Assembly (NCBI GenBank): GCA_038145135.1
Contig: JAYQPD010000003.1
Location: 1-52,266, forward strand
DNA: 52,266 nucleotides
Reading direction: 5' to 3'
Source of the DNA: a bacterium
GTDB lineage: Bacteria > Patescibacteriota > Minisyncoccia > Phycocordibacterales > UBA918
A model generated the notes under the pieces. The model worked only from the letters and a program-made list of their open reading frames with translations, was not told the origin of the DNA and searched no databases. Below are positions 33,831 to 43,800 of the stretch, piece after piece. Both the position numbers and the translations under genes were made by a program. How positions within the stretch are numbered: position 1 is the stretch's first letter; each line of letters begins with the position of its first letter.

Positions 33831-34904
33831 TCAGGCTACCAAGAATAGGAGCGCTATCAGGAAGAGTGCGGTGACAGTGAGAAGGGTTACCGCAACGATA
33901 GAGAGGCGTGTCACTCCCCTGCCGCGACTTCGGTACGATGATCCGCGGCGAGTCGGTACCTGGTATCGCTCGAGAGTGCGCCTAATATGGAGTCGTACAC
34001 CGAAGTACACAACAACAACAATAAGTACGAGGATGCCAAGGATCGGTAGGATCACATTAAGTGGTAACACCCAGAATGAGATCGTTGAAGCGATCGTGGT
34101 GTCGTGCCCGTCCTCGCCATAGATAAGTGCGACTATGCCTTGGTAACGTCCAATAGCAAAATCCTTACTGTCCCAGGTCACATCAAATGCGCGAATACTT
34201 CCAGGGAATACACCACCAAGGGTGTCATTGACCACAAGGGTCTCCACCTTCTTTCCGAACATGTTACGGATCTCGAGTGGACCGCGTGGACGAACTAGAA
34301 CATTACCCCCGTTCTCAACCCGAGTACTGAAGGTGACCTTGGGTGAACTATAGACGAGTTTATCAGTTGAAAATGAACGGATCGATGCAACCTCGTTCGC
34401 CTCCCCAGCAATGCGGATCGAGATAATGGTCCCTACCTCGTAACCTACAGCCGCACCAGTAGCACGAAGGCGAGGTGGTGTCATGGTCACGAAGAGACCG
34501 GCGAAGTGACTCCCTGGTGTTGCAGTATCAGGCACGCGGATGGTGACCGGAACATCTGCCGCAGCACCAGGCTGAAGCACGATCGGTTCTTCAGATACCT
34601 CGATCCATGACGACATCTCGTATCCGGTCTGTTCAGCACCCTCTTCAGCAAAAACAGGTTGGTTGTTCGAGGCAACACCAGTGATATCACGATGGAGGAG
34701 GTAATAGGTCTGTTCAGAAGAACTGATGTTGCGAATGGTGAGTGTCTCTTCAAGTATCGCACCAGGCGCCAATCCCTCCTCTATGATGGCAGGTTGTATC
34801 TGCACACCAGCAGATTGCTGAGCGTGTACTGTAGATGGAGAAAGCGGAGCGAGTAGAAGGACAGAAAGAAAAGCAAAAACGAACGTTTTAAAAAATGAAC
34901 GCAT
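33831..34904 (-). CDS. Membrane-anchored two-domain beta-sandwich surface protein (DUF916/DUF3324-like architecture), copy 2
   Basis: 357 aa with a signal peptide ending VHA. Key motifs are SSWIEVSEEPIVLQPGAAADVPVTIRVPDTATPGSHFAGLFVT and STRVENGGNVLVRPRG. C-terminal TM helices follow (ILPILGILVLIVVVVYFGV plus a second). It is comparable to 2916..3884. Confidence 0.6.
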   Translation of the reverse strand: MRSFFKTFVFAFLSVLLLAPLSPSTVHAQQSAGVQIQPAIIEEGLAPGAILEETLTIRNISSSEQTYYLLHRDITGVASNNQPVFAEEGAEQTGYEMSSWIEVSEEPIVLQPGAAADVPVTIRVPDTATPGSHFAGLFVTMTPPRLRATGAAVGYEVGTIISIRIAGEANEVASIRSFSTDKLVYSSPKVTFSTRVENGGNVLVRPRGPLEIRNMFGKKVETLVVNDTLGGVFPGSIRAFDVTWDSKDFAIGRYQGIVALIYGEDGHDTTIASTISFWVLPLNVILPILGILVLIVVVVYFGVRLHIRRTLERYQVPTRRGSSYRSRGRGVTRLSIVAVTLLTVTALFLIALLFLVA

Positions 34905-34965
34905 GTGCGAATTGATTACTACACTATAGTAACATGAGGCAAATCCTACTCAATCGACATATACA

Positions 34966-34992
34966 CAAAAACCGCTCGTAAGAGCGGTTTTT
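34966..34992 (-). terminator. Rho-independent terminator of CDS 35010..36179
   Basis: ACCGCTC-gtaa-GAGCGGT flanked by A5 and T5. Confidence 0.7.
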
Positions 34993-35009
34993 GTAACGTT
35001 TCATCGTCG

Positions 35010-36179
35010 TTAGAAGGTCGGTGTTGCGATATACGTAAGTGTAGTAGTGTAGTCGTCGCCTGCTTCCTGGAGATCAGTGATCTCAACCTGGTAGCCAACT
35101 CGTGTGTACCCTACGTTTGCTGTTGTGCCATCTGCTGGTCCACTGTTCTCGAATACCTGACGTGGTGTGGTCGATGCTGCGACCCACAGGTCAGCTCCGA
35201 ACTCATCAGTGTTGAGGTCGTCTTCTGAAGTGAGACCCCAGTGACCGTACGTGCTTTCAACGCCTACCTGATTAGATGGTGTTTGCCAACTGCCAGGTGT
35301 GTTAAGGTACGTGCCGTCATAGAATCCATCGATGTCTGCACCAGTTGATGACTTCAAGTTATCGCTTTGCTCAACGGTGACCACGAAACCGTGGGTCGCG
35401 TTGGTGCTGACACGAAGGTCTTGTGCCATCATCGTGGTTGTGCCTGAGACAAGCGTACCGAATGGTATCGATGTTGCGGTTGATGACGCTGCGGTTGTCG
35501 TTGGACTTCCGTTCACTGTTGAGGTTGTTGCAACTCCTTCGATCGTAAAGGTGAACGTTGCATCAATGTTTGCAGTGACAACGACATCATCGATGATCGC
35601 TACCATGGCTGTACCTGAATCGTTTGTTGAAACGATCTCTATCTGTCGCGACCCAGCACTTGTTGGGTTGACGATAAAGCTGTTACCGGTTGCGCCTGCT
35701 GTGGCATTGTTACCGATCTCAACAACAACTGCAGTACTTGAACCGACGGTTGCTGCACCAAGTGTTGTGGAGCTCGTGGTCAACGTGATCGTTGACGTTG
35801 TAGTTGAGACTCCCCATGTATCACCTGAAGGTGATGTGCCCAATGTGATCTCTACTCCACCTACAGTGACGTCAAGGTCGTTGAAGTCGAAGCCTGCCGA
35901 TGGAAGTGTGAACTCGCCGGCCGTTATTGGGAATGTGATCACGATCGTTTCGCCATCCACTAATCCTGTTGGAGTAGTGAATCCGATCGTGTGGTTTGAA
36001 TTCACACCCAAGTCGGAATCTGAAAGCGTATCACTCACATACGTGAGGTTTGCGGCGTCTGCCCTATTTTGGAAGGGCGTGATGCCGAGCGTCCAGAGTA
36101 CGAGTGCCATCACAATGAGCGTCGCGATCGCCCGAAGCGGACGAGCCGCTTCTCTGTGAAGAATGTACATGTACTTCAT
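35010..36179 (-). CDS. Secreted Thr/Ser/Gly-rich beta-type surface protein, family A copy 2 (paralog of 145..1308)
   Basis: The ORF runs to 36272, but the ATG at 36179 (MKYMYILHREAARPLRAIATLIVMALVLWTLG) gives a length (389 aa) and signal position matching the paralog. The ATG at 36170 is also possible. It ends in YTTTLTYIATPTF. Confidence 0.8.
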   Translation of the reverse strand: MKYMYILHREAARPLRAIATLIVMALVLWTLGITPFQNRADAANLTYVSDTLSDSDLGVNSNHTIGFTTPTGLVDGETIVITFPITAGEFTLPSAGFDFNDLDVTVGGVEITLGTSPSGDTWGVSTTTSTITLTTSSTTLGAATVGSSTAVVVEIGNNATAGATGNSFIVNPTSAGSRQIEIVSTNDSGTAMVAIIDDVVVTANIDATFTFTIEGVATTSTVNGSPTTTAASSTATSIPFGTLVSGTTTMMAQDLRVSTNATHGFVVTVEQSDNLKSSTGADIDGFYDGTYLNTPGSWQTPSNQVGVESTYGHWGLTSEDDLNTDEFGADLWVAASTTPRQVFENSGPADGTTANVGYTRVGYQVEITDLQEAGDDYTTTLTYIATPTF

Positions 36180-36464
36180 ATTTATAATTTGTAAATAACT
36201 CTTACGTGCGCCTGCACGTTCTCGATCCGCGAAAGCGTGTGGAGAAGTGATTTCGCTCGAGCTGTGCATCAAAAACGATGCAGCCGATCTTGCTCAAGTT
36301 CCGTCACCCTTGCCTTCTACGGTCGACCTACATACTATTGTACAGACCTTTTAGCGACAGCATACGACATGAGTGTTGATAACTATTCTCAATGTCTTTA
36401 AGTTGCATTCGTCTCATACTGTGAAAGAAAAGATGATCAGCATACGGACATAAGGACAGGCTAG

Positions 36465-37718
36465 CTACAGCTCGTTACGGACATGAGGAATACTTCCCCA
36501 CGATGTCGTATAGGACGGTGAGCGGTACTGTTCTTTAGAGCGCCACACTTGTCCCATACCCTCAGTACCCAACCTGACCGCCCCCCTCCCATACCGCTGT
36601 GAGATCCGGTCGATAGTGTCCATGAGTACTGGTCGTTCCTGTGTGTGTGGGTCGCTGAAAAGTGATCCTGTACTCTGTGCAGATGGCACAATGCCACCAA
36701 ACGTCACCCCCACCTTCTTATAGCGAACATCAGAACGATACAGTTCTTTAGCTGCCTTGATGACCCGCGAGGTAAGGACCCGCGTATCCGAAGTGGGTTC
36801 TGAGAGTGGAGCGTCCGCCCCCACCCCGAATCCTCTCCCCTGAGCAGCTTGATAAAGGACAACGTTCACATGAGCGGTCTGTACCTCGTTGCGCCGCAGC
36901 CGCTCTGCGAGATGAGCGACATGATACGAAAGCGCACTCTCAAGTACCGAAAAGGACGTGGTGGCTGTACCAAACGAGCGCGAGCTGGTCATACTTGAAC
37001 TGAGCCCATGCTCGCCGCTTATCGAGGGAACACCAGAGAGTTCAAAGTAGAGCTGTTCTCCATGGAGTCCGAGGAGCGCCCGGGCCCTACTCGGACCAGC
37101 ACTCAGTAGATCAGCTATCGTAACGATACCTGCTCTAGTGAGGCGCTCCGAGGTCGCGCGACCCACCCCCCACAGTTCATTGAGCGACGTACTATGATAC
37201 TTCACCTCTTCTTCTGACATGATGACATGCACACCCTGCTGTGACCCTTTAGCAAACGATGCTGCCAGCTTAGCAAGCGTCTTCGTTCGCGCAATACCGA
37301 CTGAAACGGGGATACCAACATCGGTCAAGATGCGTTGCCGGAGCACCACACCCACGCTATCACTCTTAGTTTCTGAGACGCTAAAGAACGATTCATCGAT
37401 CGAGTACACCTCACACTCATCCACTACATCACTGACCACTGACATTACTCTCCCCGATATGTCACGATACAGTGGGAAGTTTGAGGAAAAGACCGCTATT
37501 TTGTGCTTGCGTACGTGCTCCCGTATCTGAAACAGCGGTATACCCATGGGTATACCGAGTTCTTTCACCTCTTTTGACCTCGATATCGCACATCCATCGT
37601 TTGAGGAGAGTACGAGGACCGGCCTCTTAGCAAGATCTGGTCTAAAGAGTCGTTCACAGGACACGAAGAAATTGTTGCAGTCGACGAGACCGATATATCC
37701 ACTGCCTTCCTTCATCAT
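36465..37718 (-). CDS. umuC: Y-family translesion DNA polymerase, UmuC-like
   Basis: GLVDCNNFFVSCERLFRPDLAKRPVLVLSSNDGCAISRSKEVKELGIPMG closely follows the UmuC N-terminal consensus. The catalytic SIDESFF motif is present. I placed the start at the ATG at 37718, which overlaps the umuD stop (ATGA). Confidence 0.85.
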   Translation of the reverse strand: MMKEGSGYIGLVDCNNFFVSCERLFRPDLAKRPVLVLSSNDGCAISRSKEVKELGIPMGIPLFQIREHVRKHKIAVFSSNFPLYRDISGRVMSVVSDVVDECEVYSIDESFFSVSETKSDSVGVVLRQRILTDVGIPVSVGIARTKTLAKLAASFAKGSQQGVHVIMSEEEVKYHSTSLNELWGVGRATSERLTRAGIVTIADLLSAGPSRARALLGLHGEQLYFELSGVPSISGEHGLSSSMTSSRSFGTATTSFSVLESALSYHVAHLAERLRRNEVQTAHVNVVLYQAAQGRGFGVGADAPLSEPTSDTRVLTSRVIKAAKELYRSDVRYKKVGVTFGGIVPSAQSTGSLFSDPHTQERPVLMDTIDRISQRYGRGAVRLGTEGMGQVWRSKEQYRSPSYTTSWGSIPHVRNEL

Positions 37719-38176
37719 ACGACGAGTTTTCGAACTACCCCGGTGACCACCCCCCATATCAGGCAGTCATCCTCGCCAGTAATGGAGATCGGCTCATATG
37801 TCGGGTTCTCTGAGACAAGCTCAATACGGTTCTTATACTTTTTTAGCCGTTTGACCACAAGTTCTCCGTACACGGAAGCTACTACGATCGCGCCATTCAC
37901 GGCTTCGCGTGACCGATCCACCACCAGTACATCGCCCGAAAGTATCCCGGTCCCAATAAGCGAATCCCCTTCAACCCGTACAAAAAAGGTACTGACGGGG
38001 TGGTCAATAAGGAGTTCATCAATACTGAGCTGCGACTCTATGAGATCATCGCCAGGTGCGGGGAATCCTGCCGCAGGACGCGATGCGTACAGAACCGGAC
38101 GCACACCTGCTGTGGTATGTGTTTTAGAGGTCTTTTTTTGAGTTTTGGTCGTTTTACCAACGGGTCGCTTTGGCAT
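37715..38176 (-). CDS. umuD: S24-peptidase self-cleaving protein without a DNA-binding domain, UmuD-like
   Basis: 153 aa with a basic N-terminal tail. It has a candidate Ala-Gly cleavage site (PAAGFPAPG), catalytic Ser in VEGDSL and Lys in LVVKRL. It lies directly upstream of umuC and overlaps it. Confidence 0.8.
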   Translation of the reverse strand: MPKRPVGKTTKTQKKTSKTHTTAGVRPVLYASRPAAGFPAPGDDLIESQLSIDELLIDHPVSTFFVRVEGDSLIGTGILSGDVLVVDRSREAVNGAIVVASVYGELVVKRLKKYKNRIELVSENPTYEPISITGEDDCLIWGVVTGVVRKLVV

Positions 38177-38389
38177 GGCAACCCTATTATAAACCTACAG
38201 CAGATAGTTCCTAGTTTTCGGAATGCGTCTTGGTCCAAACCCTCACTAATTTCGGCAACGAGCAGAAAATCAATGATTTGGAGTGACATTTTGGGGGATG
38301 ATTATTAAATGCCTGAGAGGGTTGGGATTGTGTATACTTAACCGATCAAGACAAAAATATTTTTCACGTGTGCATTTATATACACGTTA

Positions 38390-38701
38390 GTGTACTCCTT
38401 CTTTATTTTCTTCATGTCTTGTCAGTATTTCACCTGTTTCTATTTTGCTCCCCCAACGAGTTATGTGGGTTATGAAGCGATTGGCAGGTACACCTCTACT
38501 TCCGTAGCTCACCTAATCTTCTATGTGGTGGTCAGTATGCCGATCTTAGGTTTTACATCACTACTTATGAGACCATTGCAGAAATACCAAAAGCTATTAA
38601 TTGGTTTAACAGTTCTCTCTTTGATAGTCATGCACGCAGTATTCTTAGTGCATATGGATGGTAAGCTCAGCGTGCCGTCTGTGCCAGATTTTCCATTATG
38701 A
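38390..38701 (+). CDS. Possible small hydrophobic membrane protein (weak call)
   Basis: 103-aa GTG-start ORF in an AT-rich stretch, with Phe/Tyr/Leu-rich hydrophobic segments. It has no recognisable motif and no clear RBS or terminator. This may be non-coding spacer. Confidence 0.25.
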   Translation: MYSFFIFFMSCQYFTCFYFAPPTSYVGYEAIGRYTSTSVAHLIFYVVVSMPILGFTSLLMRPLQKYQKLLIGLTVLSLIVMHAVFLVHMDGKLSVPSVPDFPL

Positions 38702-38781
38702 TCATTTGTGGATGACGCCATTAGTTTGAATCCGATACAGTTTTGTTCTAATACTTATCAACGAGTTCACATACTCATCAC

Positions 38782-40029
38782 TTAAGTAATGAGTATGCCG
38801 GTAGTAAGTGCCATATGGATGCGGAACACCAGGAGCATCACCGCAACAAGTCCGACCGCGTACGCCACCTGCAGAGGGTGCTGCCGTCGCCACTCTACCA
38901 CCACTGAAAAGGCGAGCATAAAGGCGACCACGCTTGAGAGTATCAAATAGGATACTGAGATGACCGTATGCGGAGAGGTAACAAGTCGAGCAAGGAAGTT
39001 CATCATCTTCGTGATCGGTGAGAGCGGTTCAGTTGATACGATCTGGTCAGGCCTCAGTGAACCGATATATGGACTTGCAGTGGTCGCCATCGGCGATACC
39101 AACGCGACCACACCGTGCTCAACCACCACCTCCTCAGGATGTGCTTCCGGCGCCGGTTCATTCTGGATCGTCATCAGTGACTCCTCTCTGTCAGTCTCAT
39201 CTATATCCTGCAACTGCTCCCTGTCTTCGTCTACCTCTAGAGTAGGCGTTTCAGTGACCATAGGTGACGGTTCTATGGAAGTGAGTGGAGCGGTGTCTAT
39301 GGGCACAGGCTCTGCGACCGACGCAGGTACTGGTGGCTGAGTGCTGACCTCGGGAGCGGTCTGCTCTGGAGTACTATCGTTTGCCGCAAGGACAACCGGT
39401 GTGGTTCTGAGTGCTGGTGTCTCGACCACATCGTTCGCTATACGCTCTGTGAGTAGATCTGGAGGTAATGGTGCACCAAAGAGTTGGACCACAAACACGG
39501 TCGGGGTGCCTTTGTAGGTCCCTTTTGCGGTTCCGATCCCTATCTCAGTGTAGTGATTATTAAGAATGTTCGCACGGTGGCCCGGCGAATCCATCCAGGC
39601 ATTGACCACATCCTCGGAATCAGAGAAATGTACGGCAAGGTTCTCACCTGCGTACGCATACTGATACCCCACTTTCTTAAACCAGTACCATGGTGTCACT
39701 CCTTCAGGGCTATCATGCGAGAAATATCCTTCCTGAGCCATATCTTCTGCCTTCTGACGAGCTGCCTCATCAAGGAGCGGGCTTCGCGTGAGATCCGGGA
39801 GCTCGTTGTCGCTTCGACTCACGTTTGTAAGATCGACGAGTGCTGCAGGAAGGATGCTTGATGCGAACCAATCAGAGGAAATGAGGAGGATAGACTGAAG
39901 GTTGGCGATCGTGAACGTGAGGACGATGAGCACGAGCATGATCCCCGCCGCTGTATTCTCAAGCGAGGTTGGCCGGTAGCCATTTTTTTCTGACGGCACC
40001 AAAAACCGATGAAGCCAGTCCATCATCAA
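38782..40029 (-). CDS. Membrane protein with an extracytoplasmic CAP/SCP/PR-1-like (YkwD-type) domain
   Basis: 415 aa with an N-terminal TM helix (AAGIMLVLIVLTFTI). The CAP motifs are LLDEAARQKAEDMAQEGYFSHDSPEGVTPWYWF, YAGENLA and AWMDSPGHRANILNNHYTEIGIG. A Pro/Glu/Thr-rich linker and C-terminal TM helices follow. Confidence 0.75.
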   Translation of the reverse strand: MMMDWLHRFLVPSEKNGYRPTSLENTAAGIMLVLIVLTFTIANLQSILLISSDWFASSILPAALVDLTNVSRSDNELPDLTRSPLLDEAARQKAEDMAQEGYFSHDSPEGVTPWYWFKKVGYQYAYAGENLAVHFSDSEDVVNAWMDSPGHRANILNNHYTEIGIGTAKGTYKGTPTVFVVQLFGAPLPPDLLTERIANDVVETPALRTTPVVLAANDSTPEQTAPEVSTQPPVPASVAEPVPIDTAPLTSIEPSPMVTETPTLEVDEDREQLQDIDETDREESLMTIQNEPAPEAHPEEVVVEHGVVALVSPMATTASPYIGSLRPDQIVSTEPLSPITKMMNFLARLVTSPHTVISVSYLILSSVVAFMLAFSVVVEWRRQHPLQVAYAVGLVAVMLLVFRIHMALTTGILIT

Positions 40030-40099
40030 CTCTAGTATACCTGCAAGTGGTCTATACCTCTACACGAGTGTGTGAAATCAACATAAACATCACTGAGCG

Positions 40100-40119
40100 C
40101 ACTATGATATATCATAGTG
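40100..40119. promoter_or_regulatory. 20-bp perfect palindrome upstream of the CAP-domain gene (candidate operator)
   Basis: CACTATGATATATCATAGTG lies between the sortase terminator and the CAP gene start at 40029. Confidence 0.35.
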
Positions 40120-40155
40120 AAAAAACATCCCCAAGGATAACCCTTGGGGATGTTT
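40119..40155 (-). terminator. Rho-independent terminator of the sortase gene
   Basis: 13-bp stem AACATCCCCAAGG/CCTTGGGGATGTT (40124-40136/40142-40154) with a 5-nt loop. The A6 on the plus strand is a T-tail on the minus strand. Confidence 0.75.
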
Positions 40156-40180
40156 CGAACAACCAACAGGACGGACCTGT

Positions 40181-40867
40181 TTATTCTCCACTCTGTGAGG
40201 TGGAAGCCGTTTGGTCTCGAGGGTCGACAAGTCTTCCGTAGACCACCAAGTTGTGGCTGTAGCGGAGTGAACCATGGTCATACGTACCCGAGCACGTGAT
40301 CAGCCGAATACCGGCGTATCCGATCGGTCCATAGACCAGGTCGGTAGGAAAATCGCTCTGTGGGTAGCGTTCGAGCTTCTCAACAACAAATATCGGCTTC
40401 GAGCCATCTGCACGCCCGATCTGGAATTCATCTCCAGGTTCAAGTTGACCAAGGTGGTAAAAGACCGCTGCGCCCTGGTACGAGTCGACATGGCCAAGCA
40501 CGATCGAAGGGCCGAGTTCACCAGGCGTTGGGCTCCCATCGTACCACCCCACCGTATCGTACGCCTTTGGAATACCGACGGTCTTATCAGCATTAAGAGA
40601 GAGAGGTGCCTCAAACGGAACGTCAAGGTTGATTTTCGGGATGACGAGCCGCATCGGTTCTGAAGGCTTCAAAAGATAGCGGTCGTCCTTAGTGGCACTC
40701 TCAATGCTGTCAGCTGGCAACTCGCTGGGTGCCAGAACAACATTATGTTTGCCAGGTATGGTAAGCAAAACGAGTGCTGCGAGTACAATAAGCGCGAAAA
40801 CAGCATACGCCGCCACAAACCTGTGGCGGCGATATGCGTTCTTTAGTTGTTGGATCAAACGATCCAT
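40181..40867 (-). CDS. Sortase (class E/F-like transpeptidase)
   Basis: 228 aa with an N-terminal TM helix (FVAAYAVFALIVLAALVLL). It contains LVIPKINLDVPF, VGWYDGSPTPGELGPSIVLGHVD, LEPGDEF, the catalytic LITCSG and SHNLVVYG. Its start is 4 nt after the stop of the sorted substrate gene. Confidence 0.85.
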   Translation of the reverse strand: MDRLIQQLKNAYRRHRFVAAYAVFALIVLAALVLLTIPGKHNVVLAPSELPADSIESATKDDRYLLKPSEPMRLVIPKINLDVPFEAPLSLNADKTVGIPKAYDTVGWYDGSPTPGELGPSIVLGHVDSYQGAAVFYHLGQLEPGDEFQIGRADGSKPIFVVEKLERYPQSDFPTDLVYGPIGYAGIRLITCSGTYDHGSLRYSHNLVVYGRLVDPRDQTASTSQSGE

Positions 40868-40871
40868 GAGA

Positions 40872-43800
40872 TTAATTGCGGCGTCCTACGCCGATAAGCG
40901 CAAGGAGCATTCCGAGAAGCGGCATTGCGAGTGGAAGCGCAGTCGCACCTGCAGCGCCACCCATACCAGTGTTAGGTGCACCAACTGGAGCTACTGCTCC
41001 CTTTACCTCAGGAGCGACATCGGTATCACCGAGGACCTCGCCTTCAGGATCGTTGTCAGAAGTACCGCCTCCAAGTGAGATGCGGATACCGTTACCGCCT
41101 CCACCGCAGTTCACGGTACAGCCAGTTTGTGGAATGACGTGGTTACCGAAGTCGTACGAGCCGTATGCGTTCACATTCACCGCTGCGTGTGCAGTTGGGA
41201 TGATGTACGCAAGGATAGTGTCGAAGAGACCAAGCGTCTGCTCTTCAGCAGGGACAGTCACGATGTGTTGGAAGTCATCTGGGTAGTTCTCCGCCCAACC
41301 AGACTGCACGTCCTCAGTGATGGTCCAGGTACCGCGAGGTACATAGAAGCGGTAATTTCCATCTGCATCCGTGGTGGTTGAGTAGTTCTTCTCACCATCA
41401 GTGATGCGTACGGTCCACCCTTCGAGGAAACCTTCCTCCTCATCGATCGCATCGTTCTCGTTGCCATCATTCCATACGCGGCCGTAGATCTCGAAGAGTT
41501 CCTGATCGTTGGTGTACACACAGGTGACCGTCTCACCGTCGCGGAGCTCAATAGCTGACGCGCTGATGTCGGTGTGGGTCTCGTCGGTCGATGTACAACT
41601 TACGCTATCAAGTGACCAACCGAGTGGGAGACTGTCTTCAGAGATGCTGTACGTATGTCCTGCCGTAAGATCGCCACTATCGTACTCGAGTCCAGATGAG
41701 AGTTGTGCTGCAAGAGTAGCTTGGGTGTCAGTGTCAGTAAGCGTAAAGTCGAAGAGCGTGCTGGTATCGCTACCATCAGTCACCTCCTTACGAATGACGA
41801 TATTCTCATCGTTTCCGTTTGAATCGCGAGGTGTATAGGTGTTAGTGAACGTACAGGAGACCGAGCCATCAAGTGGAAGGTCGATCACCACATTATCACT
41901 ATTCGTGGTGATGTGTCCCTCAGAGACTCCTGAACATACGATACCTACCGTCTGACCGAGATTCCAGCGATCGTGTGAGAACGCATCAAGCTCGGTGATG
42001 GTATAGGTACCTGGCTCAAGATCACCGTTGCCGATCTGTTCTGGGGTGCTACTTCCTGAAAGGAGGAAGTTGTAGTCGTAGGTCGTACTACCAGTAAGTG
42101 ATACATCGAAGCTAAAGGCAAGGTCGTTATTCGCACCCTCTCCTTCTACCACCTTATCGATAGTGATCGTGCCTGTTGGTGTTTCAGAATTGTCATCACC
42201 ATCGCTACAGCCAGTGTCGTTTGGATAGTCGATCTGACCATCGCCATCGTTATCGATACCATCTGAACATGCTGGAAGCTGGGTGTTGGTGATCGTACAG
42301 CTATATGATGCGCCAAGCTCAACATCAAATGAACACTGGTCGTAACTGACAGAGTAGCCAGGGACGGACACCTCAGTGATATCCATAGCGCCAGCAGAGG
42401 TAACGATCACTTCGTTTGAACCATCTTGTTCAAACTGGGTTGTATCGGCGCCGTTGAGTTCAAATGAGAAGTCAGAGACGGTCTTGGTACCCCCAAAGTC
42501 CTGGACGAGTACCTTATTCACCGTAATGACAGCCTCCGTTGGAGGAATATCGTTGTTGGTGACGGTACAGGTCTTTTCCTCACCTACACCAATGGTTCCT
42601 GAACAGTCAGCCGAGTAGGTTACGTTGTAACCAGCATGATCACCTTCTGTAACAGAATACTGTCCTGCGTCAAGGGTAACGGTGACACCGGTATCACTAC
42701 CTGCAAAGGAAGCATTGCTTACGTTAGTGCCCGAGACGTTCATAGTGAAGTCCGCTGGAGTCTTGGTACCTACGTTGTAGGTATTGTCATTCTCTACTAC
42801 CTTGATCACCGTGAGTTGTGGTGCAATGTCGTCGTTCGTGATCGTACACGTTGCTGACTCACCTTCGCCAAGTGTGACTGTTCCGTCTTCCGCACAGTCA
42901 CCGCCCCATACGCTCGGTGTATAGCCCTCGGTATTTGTTTCAGTGAGCGTAAAGAGTGTTGGAGTGACCGCATCGAACATCGACGCCACTCCACTGAAGA
43001 TCTCAGTGACACTGTTCACGAAATACTGGAAGGTACCTGGTGTTGCAGTACCACCGTTGTCGTTGATGACGGTCTTTTCTACTGTGATAGATGCTTTTGC
43101 AGGTGGTACGTAGGTGTTAGTGATCGTACAGGTTGCGATGTCGCCGTTTTGGAGCGTGATCGTAGAACCGAGTACTGGTGCATCAGTGTTGACCACACAA
43201 CTCCACTCACTTGGTGAGTAGCGATCTGGACCGGTCGACTCAGAGAGTGTGTACTGCCCAGGCGTTACTACTGCTGCGGTCACATCGCCACTACCCGTGG
43301 TGCCGGAAATGTTTGTTGGTCCACTTGCTGAAAGTGTCCAGTCAGTTACTACCGCAGTGCCACCTGCTCCATTATCAACCTCTTTAACGAGAGTGAGTGT
43401 TGCAGTTGGGGGTACGTAGGTATTCGTAACAGTACATACCTTCTGCTCGAGCGCAGCTACTGTACCGGTACAATCTGCAGAGTACGATACAGCGTATTCA
43501 GGATCGGTCTGCTCAGTTACGGTATATGCTGTCGTGCCGTTATTCGGAGTATCGATGGTCACGAAGGTGCCAGCCTCATCACCCGCAAACTGTGCAGGAT
43601 TAGCGGTGCTGCTTGCATTCACATTCAAGGTGAAGTCAGACGCTGACTTACTACCACCTACCACATGCTTCACCACAATGAGATTGCCAGGGAAATTCAC
43701 CGCTGAGGCGCTGAGTGCCATATCCTGGTTTCCACCCTTACCATCAATAGAAATCAGTCGGGTGTGGTAAGGAGACCCAGAGATGGTCACTGCAGACTCA

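Noticed and set aside
38177-38390. A canonical LexA/SOS box upstream of umuD.
   Set aside because: I found no CTGT-N8-ACAG or GAAC-N4-GTTC motif by eye. Only the ACGTGT-N10-ACACGT symmetric site is present, and it is reported as a low-confidence observation rather than as an SOS box.
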